NCBI GenBank assembly: GCA_963768425.1
Contig: CAVYHV010000022.1
Span: 1-64,000 of the forward strand
DNA length: 64,000 nt
Origin: Candidatus Bathyarchaeota archaeon
Lineage (GTDB): Archaea; Thermoproteota; Bathyarchaeia; Bathyarchaeales; Bathycorpusculaceae
Direction: 5' to 3'
The translations under genes were made by a program, and so were the position numbers. How positions within the stretch are numbered: the first letter of the stretch is position 1; each line of letters starts with the position of its first letter. Shown piece by piece: positions 44,595 to 54,556 of this stretch. The notes under the pieces were generated by a model. That model saw only the letters and a list, made by a program, of their open reading frames with translations, searched no databases and was not told the DNA's origin.

Positions 44595-46978
44595 TGAACT
44601 CTAACATTTTCCACCCATGCAAAACAAATTATGCTCTCTACGAAGCAGTCTTAAAAGAAGCTAGCGATCAGCAACTCGCCGAACTCAATAATGAATTGGC
44701 CTTGGGATTGAGCCTTGAAGAAATGAAAAGTATCCAAGACTACTTCAAAGCAGAAGGCAGAAACCCAACTGACGTGGAGCTTCAAACCATCAGCCAAACA
44801 TGGTCCGAACACTGCTACCACAAGACCTTCAAAGGAAAAATCCTTCTCGACGGCAAAGAAATCGACAGCCTCTTCAAAACCTACATTGCAAAAGCGACCA
44901 AACAAATCAAAGCACCTTGGTGCTTTAGCGTCTTCGAAGACAATGCAGGCATCGTCCGCTTCGACCTTGGCTACGGCATAGCCGCAAAAGTCGAAACCCA
45001 TAACCACCCCTCTGCCGTAGAACCCTTCGGCGGAGCAGCCACTGGAGTCGGCGGCGTAATCAGGGACATATTAGGCGTGTGGGCTGATCCGATCGCATGC
45101 ACAGACGTTTTAGGCTTTGGACCGCTCGATTACGATTACAACAAACTTCCGGCAGGCGTGAAACATCCCAAGTACGTTTACATGGGCGTCACCGCGGGCA
45201 TAAGCGCCTACGGAAACAACATGGGGATTCCAACAGTCAACGGAGCAATTTACTTTGATGAAAGCTACACAGGCAACGTCACCGTATACTGTGGATGTAT
45301 AGGACTTCTTCCCCTTGCAAAATTTACAAAAAATGCCAAGCCAGGGCACATTTTGGTTTTGGCAGGTGGAAAAACTGGACGTGACGGTATTCACGGCGTA
45401 ACATTTGCCTCAGCGGAATTGACTGAGAAATCTGAGGAAATTTCTCGACCGGCTGTCCAAATTGCCGATCCAATTGAAGAAGAGAAAGTGAAAAGGGCGA
45501 TAATTGATATTCGCGATCTTCAACTTGCTTCCGCGACAACTGACCTTGGCGGAGGGGGATTATCATCGGCGGTAGGGGAAACAGCGGAGCGGTTCAACTG
45601 CGGAGTAACCATCGACCTCGCCAAGGTGCCGCTGAAGCATATTGGTTTGGCTCCGTGGGAGGTTTACATTTCAGAATCCCAAGAAAGAATGCTCATAACG
45701 GTTCCTCCTGAAAACCTGGAAAGGGTTATGGAGGTTTTTGAAAAAGAAGACGTGGAAGCAACGGCAATTGGCAAACTCACAACTGAACGTCGTCTGAAAC
45801 TCAATTTTAACGGCGAAAAAGTTGGTGACATGGATATGGCATTCCTGTTTAATCCATGCAGCAGCATGAAAACAGCCAGCATCGAAACTCAAACATTCGT
45901 CGAACCCCAATTTCCTGCTCCCGAGAGCTTCACCGATACTCTGCTTCAGTTGCTTGCCGCGCCTAACATCGCCAGCAAAGAAAGCGTCATACGCACATAT
46001 GACCATGAAGTTAAAGGTAACACGACACTAAAACCTCTTCAAGGAGTGTACGCTGGACCAAACGATGCCGCCGTACTCAAACCGCTTGACAATTCATGGA
46101 GAGGTCTCGCGATTTCCTGCGGCATGAACCCGAATTACGGCAAAATTGACCCATACTGGATGGCGGCTTCCGCGATTGACGAGGCGGTTAGAAACAACGT
46201 TGCTGTTGGGGGAAGAAGGATCGCTTTGCTTGATAATTTCACTTGGGGTAACCCTGAGAAGCCAGAGCGTTTAGGCTCATTGGTTCGGGCTTGTGAGGCA
46301 TGCTATGATTTCGCCGTCGAGTTTAAGACGCCATTTATCTCGGGAAAAGACAGCTTATACAATGAATCCCCGATGGGTCCCATAACGCCCACACTGCTAA
46401 TTACAGCTGTAGGCATAGTTCCCAACCTTCAATTCGTCACTTCTATGGATCTGAAGTCGCCAGGTAACTTGCTTTACATTGTAGGCGAAACCTTCAACGA
46501 ACTCGGAGGCTCAGAATACTACAAGCTCAAGGGCTACTTGGGATCAAGCGTTCCAAAAGTTAAAGGCGCCAAAGCCAAACGCACATTCAGAGCAGTAACC
46601 AAAGCCATAGATTCAGGCTTAGTCAGGTCATGCCATGACCTCTCCGAAGGTGGGTTGGCGGTCGCGGCTGCGGAGATGGCGTTTGCGGGCGGCTATGGTT
46701 TGAACTTGGATTTATGCAAGGTGCCTGGCAAAGGTCTGGAGCGCAACGATTTCGTGTTGTTTTCTGAGTCGAATAGCCGATTCCTGCTGGAAGTGTCAGA
46801 GCGGGACAAAGAAGACTTTGAGGCAAAAATGAAAGATAAGCCCTTCGCTCAAATCGGCACGGTCACTAGGGAAGAGCGGCTTGTCATTAACGGGTTGGGC
46901 AAGAAAATGGTTGTCGACGCTTCAATTGCAGAGTTGCGGAAAAGCTGGAAGAAAACGTTCGGGGTAGAAACAAAATGA
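44594..46978 (+). CDS. purL: FGAM synthase subunit PurL
   Basis: WSEHCYHK, KVETHNHPS, GAATGVGG, SESQERM, YDHEV motifs. Confidence 0.96.
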   Translation: MNSNIFHPCKTNYALYEAVLKEASDQQLAELNNELALGLSLEEMKSIQDYFKAEGRNPTDVELQTISQTWSEHCYHKTFKGKILLDGKEIDSLFKTYIAKATKQIKAPWCFSVFEDNAGIVRFDLGYGIAAKVETHNHPSAVEPFGGAATGVGGVIRDILGVWADPIACTDVLGFGPLDYDYNKLPAGVKHPKYVYMGVTAGISAYGNNMGIPTVNGAIYFDESYTGNVTVYCGCIGLLPLAKFTKNAKPGHILVLAGGKTGRDGIHGVTFASAELTEKSEEISRPAVQIADPIEEEKVKRAIIDIRDLQLASATTDLGGGGLSSAVGETAERFNCGVTIDLAKVPLKHIGLAPWEVYISESQERMLITVPPENLERVMEVFEKEDVEATAIGKLTTERRLKLNFNGEKVGDMDMAFLFNPCSSMKTASIETQTFVEPQFPAPESFTDTLLQLLAAPNIASKESVIRTYDHEVKGNTTLKPLQGVYAGPNDAAVLKPLDNSWRGLAISCGMNPNYGKIDPYWMAASAIDEAVRNNVAVGGRRIALLDNFTWGNPEKPERLGSLVRACEACYDFAVEFKTPFISGKDSLYNESPMGPITPTLLITAVGIVPNLQFVTSMDLKSPGNLLYIVGETFNELGGSEYYKLKGYLGSSVPKVKGAKAKRTFRAVTKAIDSGLVRSCHDLSEGGLAVAAAEMAFAGGYGLNLDLCKVPGKGLERNDFVLFSESNSRFLLEVSERDKEDFEAKMKDKPFAQIGTVTREERLVINGLGKKMVVDASIAELRKSWKKTFGVETK

Positions 46979-47797
46979 AGCAGGAAGAAATCAAAGCCTG
47001 TGTCATGCGCGTCGGCGGAACCAATTGTGACGCTGAAACACAGCGAGCTTTCCAAGAGTTAGGCATTCAGGTTGATGTCCTGACACGTAAACGAACTGGT
47101 GAAACTGCATAACCTACTTGATTATCAAGTGCTGATTTTCCCAGGCGGCTTCTCTTTTGGAGATTACGTGCGTTCAGGTGTAATTTTTGCAAGGCATCTT
47201 AGCGCGAAGTTAGGCAAAGAAATGGAAACGTTCATCGACGAAGGCAGACCAATTCTGGGTATATGCAACGGCTTCCAAATAATGGTTGAATACGGTTTGC
47301 TACCGGGATTCAAAGGTGTAAGTTCATATCCAGAAGCCACATTGACGACAAATGAGCCTGCAGGCTTCAAGTGCCAGTGGATTTACCTTAAACATGAAAA
47401 CCGCGGAAAATGCGCCTTCACAAATAAAATCGCTCCTAACAAAGTGCTTCGAATGCCTATTGCCCATGGGGAAGGCCGGTTGCTTTTCCCGAAAGAAAAA
47501 GAGGAAGCGTTGCTGGCAGAACTCGTCGAAAACGACATGGTTGTTTTCCGTTATTGCGACAATGACGGCAACGTCGCCGACGGAAAATACCCAGTTAACC
47601 CAAACGGGTCATTCTACGACATCGCTGGCATATGCAACAGAGAAGGTAACATATTCGGACTGATGCCTCACCCAGAAAGAGCCATGTTCTGGTGGCAGCA
47701 ACCCGATTGGACGCAACAACAACAGATGCCTCACTACGGGGATGGAAAACTAATCTTCCAAAGCATAATCGATAGACTAACCAAAAAATGCCCTTAG
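46975..47797 (+). CDS. purQ: FGAM synthase glutaminase subunit PurQ (frameshift near 47085)
   Basis: ATGA overlap with purL. GGTNCD, PGGFSFGD, LGICNGFQ, AHGEG, NPNGS and GLMPHPER motifs. Confidence 0.94.
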
Positions 47798-48694
47798 ATC
47801 TTCTGAAGAAGGCAAACCCGCGCGAGCACCCATCTGCGCGACGCATCTTGAAGCAACAAAATTGCCGAAGCGCCCGCATTCGAACAGGCTTTTCTCTTTG
47901 ATTAATCCGTAAAGAAATCCAGCGCAGAAAGCATCCCCTGCACCAGTTGTGTCGACTACTTTAACTTTGAAAGGCTCAATTCTCAGCCTTTCCTCCCCAT
48001 CCGTGACGTAGCAGCCCTTTTCCCCGAGCTTGACCGCGACAATTTTGACTCCTGCATCAAGCATCAAATCTGATGCTCTGCGGATATCAGGTTCTCCGGT
48101 TAAAAGTTCAAGTTCGCCAATATTTGGCATCAAAATGTAGGAGCTTCGAATTATCGGCTCTATAGCCGCAAAACCTTTCTGTGCATACAATGAACCAGGG
48201 TCAAAGCTGATTTTGACATTTGTACTTAATGCGCCTAAGAGCTTTTTTTGCGCCCGAAAAGATTTCTCACCAACAAAGGATGAGTAATGCAGAAACTTCG
48301 TTTCAGAGGGGTATGTGTAATTGATTTCCCGAGGCTCAATCGTGTCGTTGACGCCCGGATTGACGTATAGTGCTCTTGCGCCTTTCTTGTCTACGAATCC
48401 TAAGACTGAACCGCTTTTTCCATGCTTAGCCTGAATTATACCTGCCGTGTCGACTCCTTCAGTTTTGAAACAGTCAATTTGCAGTTTGCCTTCCCTGTCA
48501 TCCGCCACTTTTCCGATGAAGCCAACTTTGCAGCCTAGTCTTGCTAACCCAACTGCAGTGTTGGCCGCTGAGCCGCCGCAGGATTCCTTGTAATCTTCAA
48601 CGAAGCTTTCTTCCTCCGCGCCAGCCAATCGTTCAACTTTCAGAAGGGTATCAACGTTAAGCGCGCCGAAACCTACAAAATCAAATTTTGTCAC
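47777..48694 (-). CDS. PfkB-family carbohydrate/nucleoside kinase (EhaT-like)
   Basis: GGSAANTAVGLARLG and VDTTGAGDAF signatures. Confidence 0.9.
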   Translation of the reverse strand: MTKFDFVGFGALNVDTLLKVERLAGAEEESFVEDYKESCGGSAANTAVGLARLGCKVGFIGKVADDREGKLQIDCFKTEGVDTAGIIQAKHGKSGSVLGFVDKKGARALYVNPGVNDTIEPREINYTYPSETKFLHYSSFVGEKSFRAQKKLLGALSTNVKISFDPGSLYAQKGFAAIEPIIRSSYILMPNIGELELLTGEPDIRRASDLMLDAGVKIVAVKLGEKGCYVTDGEERLRIEPFKVKVVDTTGAGDAFCAGFLYGLIKEKSLFECGRFGNFVASRCVAQMGARAGLPSSEDLRAFFG

Positions 48695-49599
48695 GAAAAT
48701 AACTCCTTCAAGTTAATTTTGTGATCGCCCAATTTGCCGCCGTAGTTTCCCGCGGAAACCTTCATCATCCCATCAACATCAAGCACAGCTTCGATTCCTA
48801 CCTTGGTTGCCCGCTTTACCGCGTCTAAAGAGACCCCGTTAAAGACTATTTCGGCTATGTAGCCCACGCCGTCGGGCACAAGGGATTCTTTGCCCAACTT
48901 CTTCTTAAGGGATGGACAGTAAAGGTGATTTGTAGTGGGTCCAATCTTGGGAAAATGGGTTTCTGGTTTAGAACCCGCTGAGCAAACATCGAAGGGTGTG
49001 ACAACGCCAGACAATTCGTGTATTGCAACTAAGGCTTTCTCACCCGCAGACTTTAGAGCTTGTTTGGTTTTACAAAGAACCCAAAAATTGCCGCCCATAA
49101 CCCCGCGAGCGTAGCCAAGGTAACGTTCAATCACGAAGTCTGGAACCATCAATGGAACCACGATTACTTCTCTACCGAACCGTTTTTCAACCCACTCATA
49201 ACCATCGCCGCAGTGTCCAACAGTCTCCATCAGGTCCAGTTTGCCCTCAGGGTTTGGCAGGGCATCATAGACGGCAGTGAAGGGCTTAACTAAGATGTCT
49301 TGGCGGATGCGGTAAGAAAGTTCAGTCTCGAATTTCTTTACGGATTGTTCAAAGGTTTTTTTAGGGTTGATTTCTCCCCAGAACTGCAGCAGCACACCCA
49401 AGCGTTGGTCTGGGGTTTCCTTTTGACTGAGATATCTTTCAACTCCGCCCTCTGTTCTGCCGATTACAACAGAAGGGGTTGCCGTCGAATCCTCAGCCGC
49501 CTTACGCAGGGTTTCCTCGTCGTCGGCGGTAACAATTACACGACAAAAAAGTCCAGTAAAAGCCTCAGCGTACGTGTCATCTATCTCCAGTTTCGCCAT
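48691..49599 (-). CDS. ftr: Formylmethanofuran:H4MPT formyltransferase homolog (Ftr paralog, EhaS-like)
   Basis: IDDTYAEAF, EGGVE...TPD, RIRQDILVKPFTAVYD, GVMGGNF, SAGSK, TTNHLYCPSL, EIVFNG and SAGNYGGKLG motifs. Confidence 0.88.
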   Translation of the reverse strand: MAKLEIDDTYAEAFTGLFCRVIVTADDEETLRKAAEDSTATPSVVIGRTEGGVERYLSQKETPDQRLGVLLQFWGEINPKKTFEQSVKKFETELSYRIRQDILVKPFTAVYDALPNPEGKLDLMETVGHCGDGYEWVEKRFGREVIVVPLMVPDFVIERYLGYARGVMGGNFWVLCKTKQALKSAGEKALVAIHELSGVVTPFDVCSAGSKPETHFPKIGPTTNHLYCPSLKKKLGKESLVPDGVGYIAEIVFNGVSLDAVKRATKVGIEAVLDVDGMMKVSAGNYGGKLGDHKINLKELFS

Positions 49600-49600
49600 A

Positions 49601-50683
49601 TCACCCGAGTTTCCCAACTGCTACTCCTCGCACTTTCTTTCTAAACTCGCTACTTTCTTTTATTAGTATTTCCATGTTTTGGTCTGTCACTATTTTCGCT
49701 TTGGGCAACGCATCAGGATACAACTGCGAAAGCTGTTTGAGCAAAGAAGAGTCAACTTCGCTGTTGTTGAGGATTTCGTAACTCCAACCTTGAAGAGTAT
49801 TGAGAGCTTTTTCTTTCCCGAATCTGCAGAACAAATCTGCAATAACAGCTGTGACAAGGCTACTTTCTGACAAAACCGCGACTTCGGCGTTTCTAACAGC
49901 ATACCCGTTGCCGTTGAAGGAAACTGTTAATCCGCCGCTCTCGCGCACCAGCCTGAAGGCTTCCACGTCGGTGATGCTGTCACCAACGTACAAAACTTCT
50001 GATAGTTCTGAGCCCAAACGTTTCACTGTATCTCGAATTGCCTCAGCCTTTTGTTCCCCACCGACGGTTACGATGTCTGTGAGGAATTTGCCGACGAACA
50101 TCTTTGGGATTAAACTCCAGAAGATCTCATCCAAGCGTTTGATAGCTTCTTGATCAACAAATGAGAAATCTTCGATGGTTCTTGCAGATGCAGAAATATC
50201 TATTAAGGGCATTTTTGCGATTTCTTGGGCTACCTGTTTTAGGCGGTCTTTTTCGTGGGGGGTGATTCCGCATTTGTCGAGTTTAAGTTTGGTGCAGTAG
50301 GTATTTTTGTATGGGAAATCTGTGGCTTTGCAGAGTGCTTTGATGTAGTGTTCGTAGCTGGTGCTGACGATGAATGCGTCGGCGATGTCTTGCACATGGT
50401 TTATTGTGGTTTGGCTGTTGGCGATTAGGAGAATGTTGTCGGCGGAGAACTCGTCCATCTGCTTGTCTGAGAGGCTGTACGCTTTGAAAAAAGGCAAAAT
50501 AAGCTTCAGAGTGCTTCCAGCGGAGTAGCACGGTTTGTGCAGAACATCAGCAAGCACGTCGTCGTACTTGCTTATGTTTGTGAATAGCTTGTCGCCGTTG
50601 GGAATAAAATTCGCGGCTAACTCGAAGGCATTATCGTTTTTGCTTATTGGTCCCTCGCAGTCGGAAATGAACACACGTTTCAC
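49601..50683 (-). CDS. HAD-superfamily hydrolase (EhaR-like)
   Basis: DCEGPISKNDNAFEL, IVSTSYEHY, YVGDSITDVEAF and SFNGNGYAV motifs. Confidence 0.85.
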   Translation of the reverse strand: MKRVFISDCEGPISKNDNAFELAANFIPNGDKLFTNISKYDDVLADVLHKPCYSAGSTLKLILPFFKAYSLSDKQMDEFSADNILLIANSQTTINHVQDIADAFIVSTSYEHYIKALCKATDFPYKNTYCTKLKLDKCGITPHEKDRLKQVAQEIAKMPLIDISASARTIEDFSFVDQEAIKRLDEIFWSLIPKMFVGKFLTDIVTVGGEQKAEAIRDTVKRLGSELSEVLYVGDSITDVEAFRLVRESGGLTVSFNGNGYAVRNAEVAVLSESSLVTAVIADLFCRFGKEKALNTLQGWSYEILNNSEVDSSLLKQLSQLYPDALPKAKIVTDQNMEILIKESSEFRKKVRGVAVGKLG

Positions 50684-52095
50684 GCTTTGCCCCTCAAACT
50701 CTCCATGTGCCTGACCGCTTTAGCGATATGCTGCTTTGAGGCGACATCAGTTCGGCTCCACAACCCGCCGCCACTGATTGCCCGAGTACCTTCAAGGCTT
50801 ATGCTGCGTGCTTCCTCGATGTTCGCCCCTATGCCTAAAACACCAACGGCGCGGGATTTGAGCGCGAAGTTTTTGCCATCCCTCGTCTCCATCGAGCCGG
50901 GGTAGACGCGGATACGGTTGCCGTATTTCTTAGTGAGTGCCTGGGCTTTCGACAGATCAACTGAAGTGTTAGCCTCCTCCTTGTTGGCTTTGTTCGGGAA
51001 GGCTTCCGCGTAGCCTCCGTACTCAAGCGGGACTTTATATGTTAAAACTGACGCGGCATTCTCCATTTTGACGCTTGTCAAGTTTCCTTCTATCATATTG
51101 AAGCAGACGTCGACAAAGTCGTCTTTGATTAGCGCGAGAAGATTGATGATTTCTGGATCTCCTGGGCGACTGTTGTTCTCGAGAACTTTGATACCGTGGC
51201 CTGTATGCATAAAGGCAAGGTAGAGCGGGATACCTCTAAGGGCGGAGTCATCTTTGATTTTGGCTTTCCATCCTTTGAAAATCTTATTGGCCAAGGTGAG
51301 CTCCTCTTCGCGTTCAGCCGCAGTTAGAAAAGGCATTTTGTCGTCAATGTCCTTGTATGAGCCCATGCCTCCCGTGTTCGGGCCACGGTCGTCGTCAAAG
51401 GCACGTTTGTAATCGCGCGTGTCTGGAAGGGCAACGAAATGCTTGCCATCGCAGAACGCCATGAAACTGGATTCTTCCCCATCAATTTTCTCTTCGATTA
51501 TTACGCTGCCATACCTGAAGTTGGACATAAAATGCTCAAAAAGTTCCCCGCGGTTAGCGAAATGGTCGCCCCAAACGCCCACACCTTTCCCAAGTGCCGG
51601 TTTATCAGGTTTAACGACAGCCTGATTATCAAGTTCATCAAGCCAACGCCAAACAGCGCCCTTAACATCTCCAGATTCCTTGTACTCAGTGGGGCTGAAA
51701 ACTTTGAACCGCGGGTTTGCTTCCGGCGCAATCTCGTCGAAAAGGACGCGCTGCTCCACTTTGCTTACTTCTATGGCGTACTGTTGCTTTGGGCAGATAA
51801 CGGGTATGCCTGTTGATTTTTCAATTTGGTCGCGGACGCCGTCTATTATGGGTTTTTCTGACCCGACCAGGACGAAGTCGATTCTGTCTTTGTTTGCTTG
51901 GGCGAATTTGCATATCTCCTTCACATCAAGGCTAGGGATAACGGCGTGTTTTGAAGCTTTCTCAGCATTGTAGGAGTTGCGTTGTTTATCAGCGATATAG
52001 AGTTCCACTTGGTAACGTGTGCTTTGCAGCAACGCGTCGACCATGGCGACCTCTCTTGCACCGTAAGAAATTACGAGTACGCCTATTTTCTCCAT
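50680..52095 (-). CDS. purD: Phosphoribosylamine-glycine ligase (divergent)
   Basis: YGAREVA, IEVSK, VVKPD...GKGV, IEEKIDGEE, DYKRAFDDDRGPNTGGMGS and SRPGDPE motifs. Confidence 0.92.
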   Translation of the reverse strand: MEKIGVLVISYGAREVAMVDALLQSTRYQVELYIADKQRNSYNAEKASKHAVIPSLDVKEICKFAQANKDRIDFVLVGSEKPIIDGVRDQIEKSTGIPVICPKQQYAIEVSKVEQRVLFDEIAPEANPRFKVFSPTEYKESGDVKGAVWRWLDELDNQAVVKPDKPALGKGVGVWGDHFANRGELFEHFMSNFRYGSVIIEEKIDGEESSFMAFCDGKHFVALPDTRDYKRAFDDDRGPNTGGMGSYKDIDDKMPFLTAAEREEELTLANKIFKGWKAKIKDDSALRGIPLYLAFMHTGHGIKVLENNSRPGDPEIINLLALIKDDFVDVCFNMIEGNLTSVKMENAASVLTYKVPLEYGGYAEAFPNKANKEEANTSVDLSKAQALTKKYGNRIRVYPGSMETRDGKNFALKSRAVGVLGIGANIEEARSISLEGTRAISGGGLWSRTDVASKQHIAKAVRHMESLRGKA

Positions 52096-52142
52096 AATGG
52101 TTACACCTGTAACTGCAAGCGGCAAGAAGGTTGAGGGTTGTG

Positions 52143-53627
52143 CTATTCTTTGGGTTGGGCTTCCTCGGTTTCATAGATTCTTGATTTTTCCTCGTAGCCT
52201 TCAAGGAACCTCTTTTTCATAGCGTCAGCCATCTTTTGAGCACAGGGCGTTGGGTACTTGCCTGTGATGCAGGCCATGCATAGTTCATTTTCTGTTTGAC
52301 CTGTCGCCTTGATCAATTCTTCAATCGACTGATAGCACACTCTGTCTGCACCGATGATTTTGGCGATTCCTTCTGCATTGTGCTTGGAACCGATGAGTTG
52401 CCCGTAAGTTGACATATCAATGCCATAGAAACAGGGGCCAATGATTCTTGGGAACGTGACGAATACATAGACTTTTTTGGCTCCTGCCTTTCGGAGCTTG
52501 TCTATTATGACTTTTGTCGTGTCTCCCCGGACTATGCTGTCCTCGGTTATTATGACTCGTTTTCCGTCTACTTTGGAGCCTAGAATGTTGATTTTCTTGT
52601 CGATTGTTGAGAACCGCTCGGTGTTAAGAAGTATAAACGCGCGTTCAGTTACGTAGCGGTGCCGTCTGGAAGCCCGCTCCCATCGCAGTCCTGAGGCTTC
52701 ATGGACTCCCATAGCGGGGTCGTCGCCTGTCTCAGGCACGGACAGGATTATGTCGCTGTCTTGAACCACCTCTGGAAACTCGCGAACGATGTTCCTCCCA
52801 AAGTCCTCGCGGATTTCATAAACATATTTGCCGTCAAACCTTGAATCTGGCCTAGCAAAATAAGCATATTCAAACGCACAAAAAGCTGGACGAGGCTTCT
52901 CGATGAGTTGCATGCGTTTGAATCCGTCTTTTGAAGCAGTAACCAACTCGCCTGGGTTCAGTTCGAAGTCCCGTAAAAAGCTGTTCATGTCTAACCCAAC
53001 AGTTTCAGAGCAGAATGCAAACGTTGCTCCTTGCGGGTCGTGCCCAGCGCAAAGGGGTTTTATTCCGTGAGGGTCTTTGAAAGCGAAAAAGTCGCCGTCG
53101 CCCGTCAGCCCAGTTACGGAGAATGCGCCGTCAAGGCTTTCCATAACGGACTTAACCGCTGATGCCAAGTCTTTTCCCTGTTTAAGTCCCAGGAGCAGTT
53201 TGTGGCAGACGACGTCTGAGTCGCAGTTGAAGTAGAAGTCAGAGAAGTTTTCAGTCATTTCTCTTTTGAGAGGCAACGTGTTGACGATGTTGCCGTTGAA
53301 TGACAAAGCTAGTTTTATGTTGCCTGAGGATGCATAGACCGGCTGAGTGCCTTCGACGATTGAAGTGTCGTCGCATTTGCCTGAAGTTGTGTATCGCACG
53401 TTGCCGATGCCTACTGGACCGGGCAGACGGTCAAACCATTCATGTATCGCCTCATTTCTGAGGCGGGGAACTAAATCGAGGCTTTTGTAAACGTGAAACT
53501 TGTTGTCGTAGGTTAAGAAGCCGTGGGATTGGTGTCCTCGATGGTTTTGGGCGCGGAGACCCCAATATACATATGGGAAGACCGTTTGGTTTTCAAAGTT
53601 TTTTGCTCCGAAGATACCGCAGCCTAT
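52143..53627 (-). CDS. purF: Amidophosphoribosyltransferase
   Basis: The frame stays open upstream of ORF 52143..53399 to GCGIFG...QNHRGHQSHG. Also CAFEYAYFARPDS, EDSIVRGDT and PCFYGID. Only ATA is available as a start codon. Confidence 0.93.
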   Translation of the reverse strand: MGCGIFGAKNFENQTVFPYVYWGLRAQNHRGHQSHGFLTYDNKFHVYKSLDLVPRLRNEAIHEWFDRLPGPVGIGNVRYTTSGKCDDTSIVEGTQPVYASSGNIKLALSFNGNIVNTLPLKREMTENFSDFYFNCDSDVVCHKLLLGLKQGKDLASAVKSVMESLDGAFSVTGLTGDGDFFAFKDPHGIKPLCAGHDPQGATFAFCSETVGLDMNSFLRDFELNPGELVTASKDGFKRMQLIEKPRPAFCAFEYAYFARPDSRFDGKYVYEIREDFGRNIVREFPEVVQDSDIILSVPETGDDPAMGVHEASGLRWERASRRHRYVTERAFILLNTERFSTIDKKINILGSKVDGKRVIITEDSIVRGDTTKVIIDKLRKAGAKKVYVFVTFPRIIGPCFYGIDMSTYGQLIGSKHNAEGIAKIIGADRVCYQSIEELIKATGQTENELCMACITGKYPTPCAQKMADAMKKRFLEGYEEKSRIYETEEAQPKE

Positions 53628-53830
53628 CTTTTGTCCCTTCTCGCCTTGATTGGGGATGTAAGTGAAAAAAGGGGTTTATCAGCTTTTAGTACATATTTAG
53701 CTCAAAAGCATGGCTTTTTGACATTTTTAAGGTTTAAAGTAAACAAGAAGCGGGAAGTGTTTTTTGGGCGTAGAATTTTGTTGTTTGTGTTTTGAGCTGG
53801 ATTCTTGATTTAGGCTTTGAGGCGTTTGCA

Positions 53831-53911
53831 GATTGCGACTCAATTTGACTCTGTTTGACTCCTTGTGACTCCTAACGACTCCAAACGACCCAATTTGACT
53901 CTAATTGACTC
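53831..53911. repeat. Eight 10-bp-phased repeats with a GACTC core
   Basis: Units gattgcgact, caatttgact, ctgtttgact, ccttgtgact, cctaacgact, ccaaacgacc, caatttgact, ctaattgact, each followed by c. Confidence 0.85.
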
Positions 53912-54059
53912 CAAGTCCTTGGCCTGGTTTCAAAACCAAGACGCTCATGCATCTCACAGAGAAAGTAATGTTCACATTGCAAGCTTCAGAAGCGCCCGCG
54001 TGCACCTTTGACAGAGATTAGGTTTCCGAACGTGAAAACACGCCTTTCAAGTATGAAAG

Positions 54060-54458
54060 TTATTTCTGCATGTACTCCAGCAAACCGAAGTGATTGCCTT
54101 CAGGGTCCAGCGCCAGTGCCCACCAGCCTAACCCGGGAATCTCCATCTTAGGCACAATAATTTTGCCGCCTAACGCCTCCACCTTCTTGCTGTATTCCTC
54201 AACTGATTCCACTGAAATGTAGTTCGTTGGCTTAGCCACCTCAGGCATAGAAGAGTCTTTCCTATTGTATAATCCGCCGTTGACTCCAGGTCGGATAGGC
54301 ATCATTGTCTTTCCATCCACGGGAACAGTCCCCACAAGATAGTAGGTTGTCGGTCCAGGGTATTTTTCCATTTTCCAACCAAACAAATCAACATAAAACT
54401 GCTTTATCTTCTCGATATCGTTGGCTGGAATCTCAAAATGCACAATCGTATGATCCAA
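54060..54458 (-). CDS. VOC/glyoxalase family protein
   Basis: IVHFEIPAND...FYVDLFGW...NGG...VEALGGKII...DPEGNHFGL. Confidence 0.9.
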   Translation of the reverse strand: MDHTIVHFEIPANDIEKIKQFYVDLFGWKMEKYPGPTTYYLVGTVPVDGKTMMPIRPGVNGGLYNRKDSSMPEVAKPTNYISVESVEEYSKKVEALGGKIIVPKMEIPGLGWWALALDPEGNHFGLLEYMQK

Positions 54459-54556
54459 AGAATCACCGCAAAACCAATTCGTAGACCATAATAAAAACTT
54501 GGCGAAAACCGCTGACTAACGAAAATGTAAAGAAACAAAAAGAAAGAAAGGCTATT

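Noticed and set aside
47777-50683. Energy-converting hydrogenase (Eha) operon
   Set aside because: Only EhaR/S/T-like genes are present, with no hydrogenase or membrane subunits.
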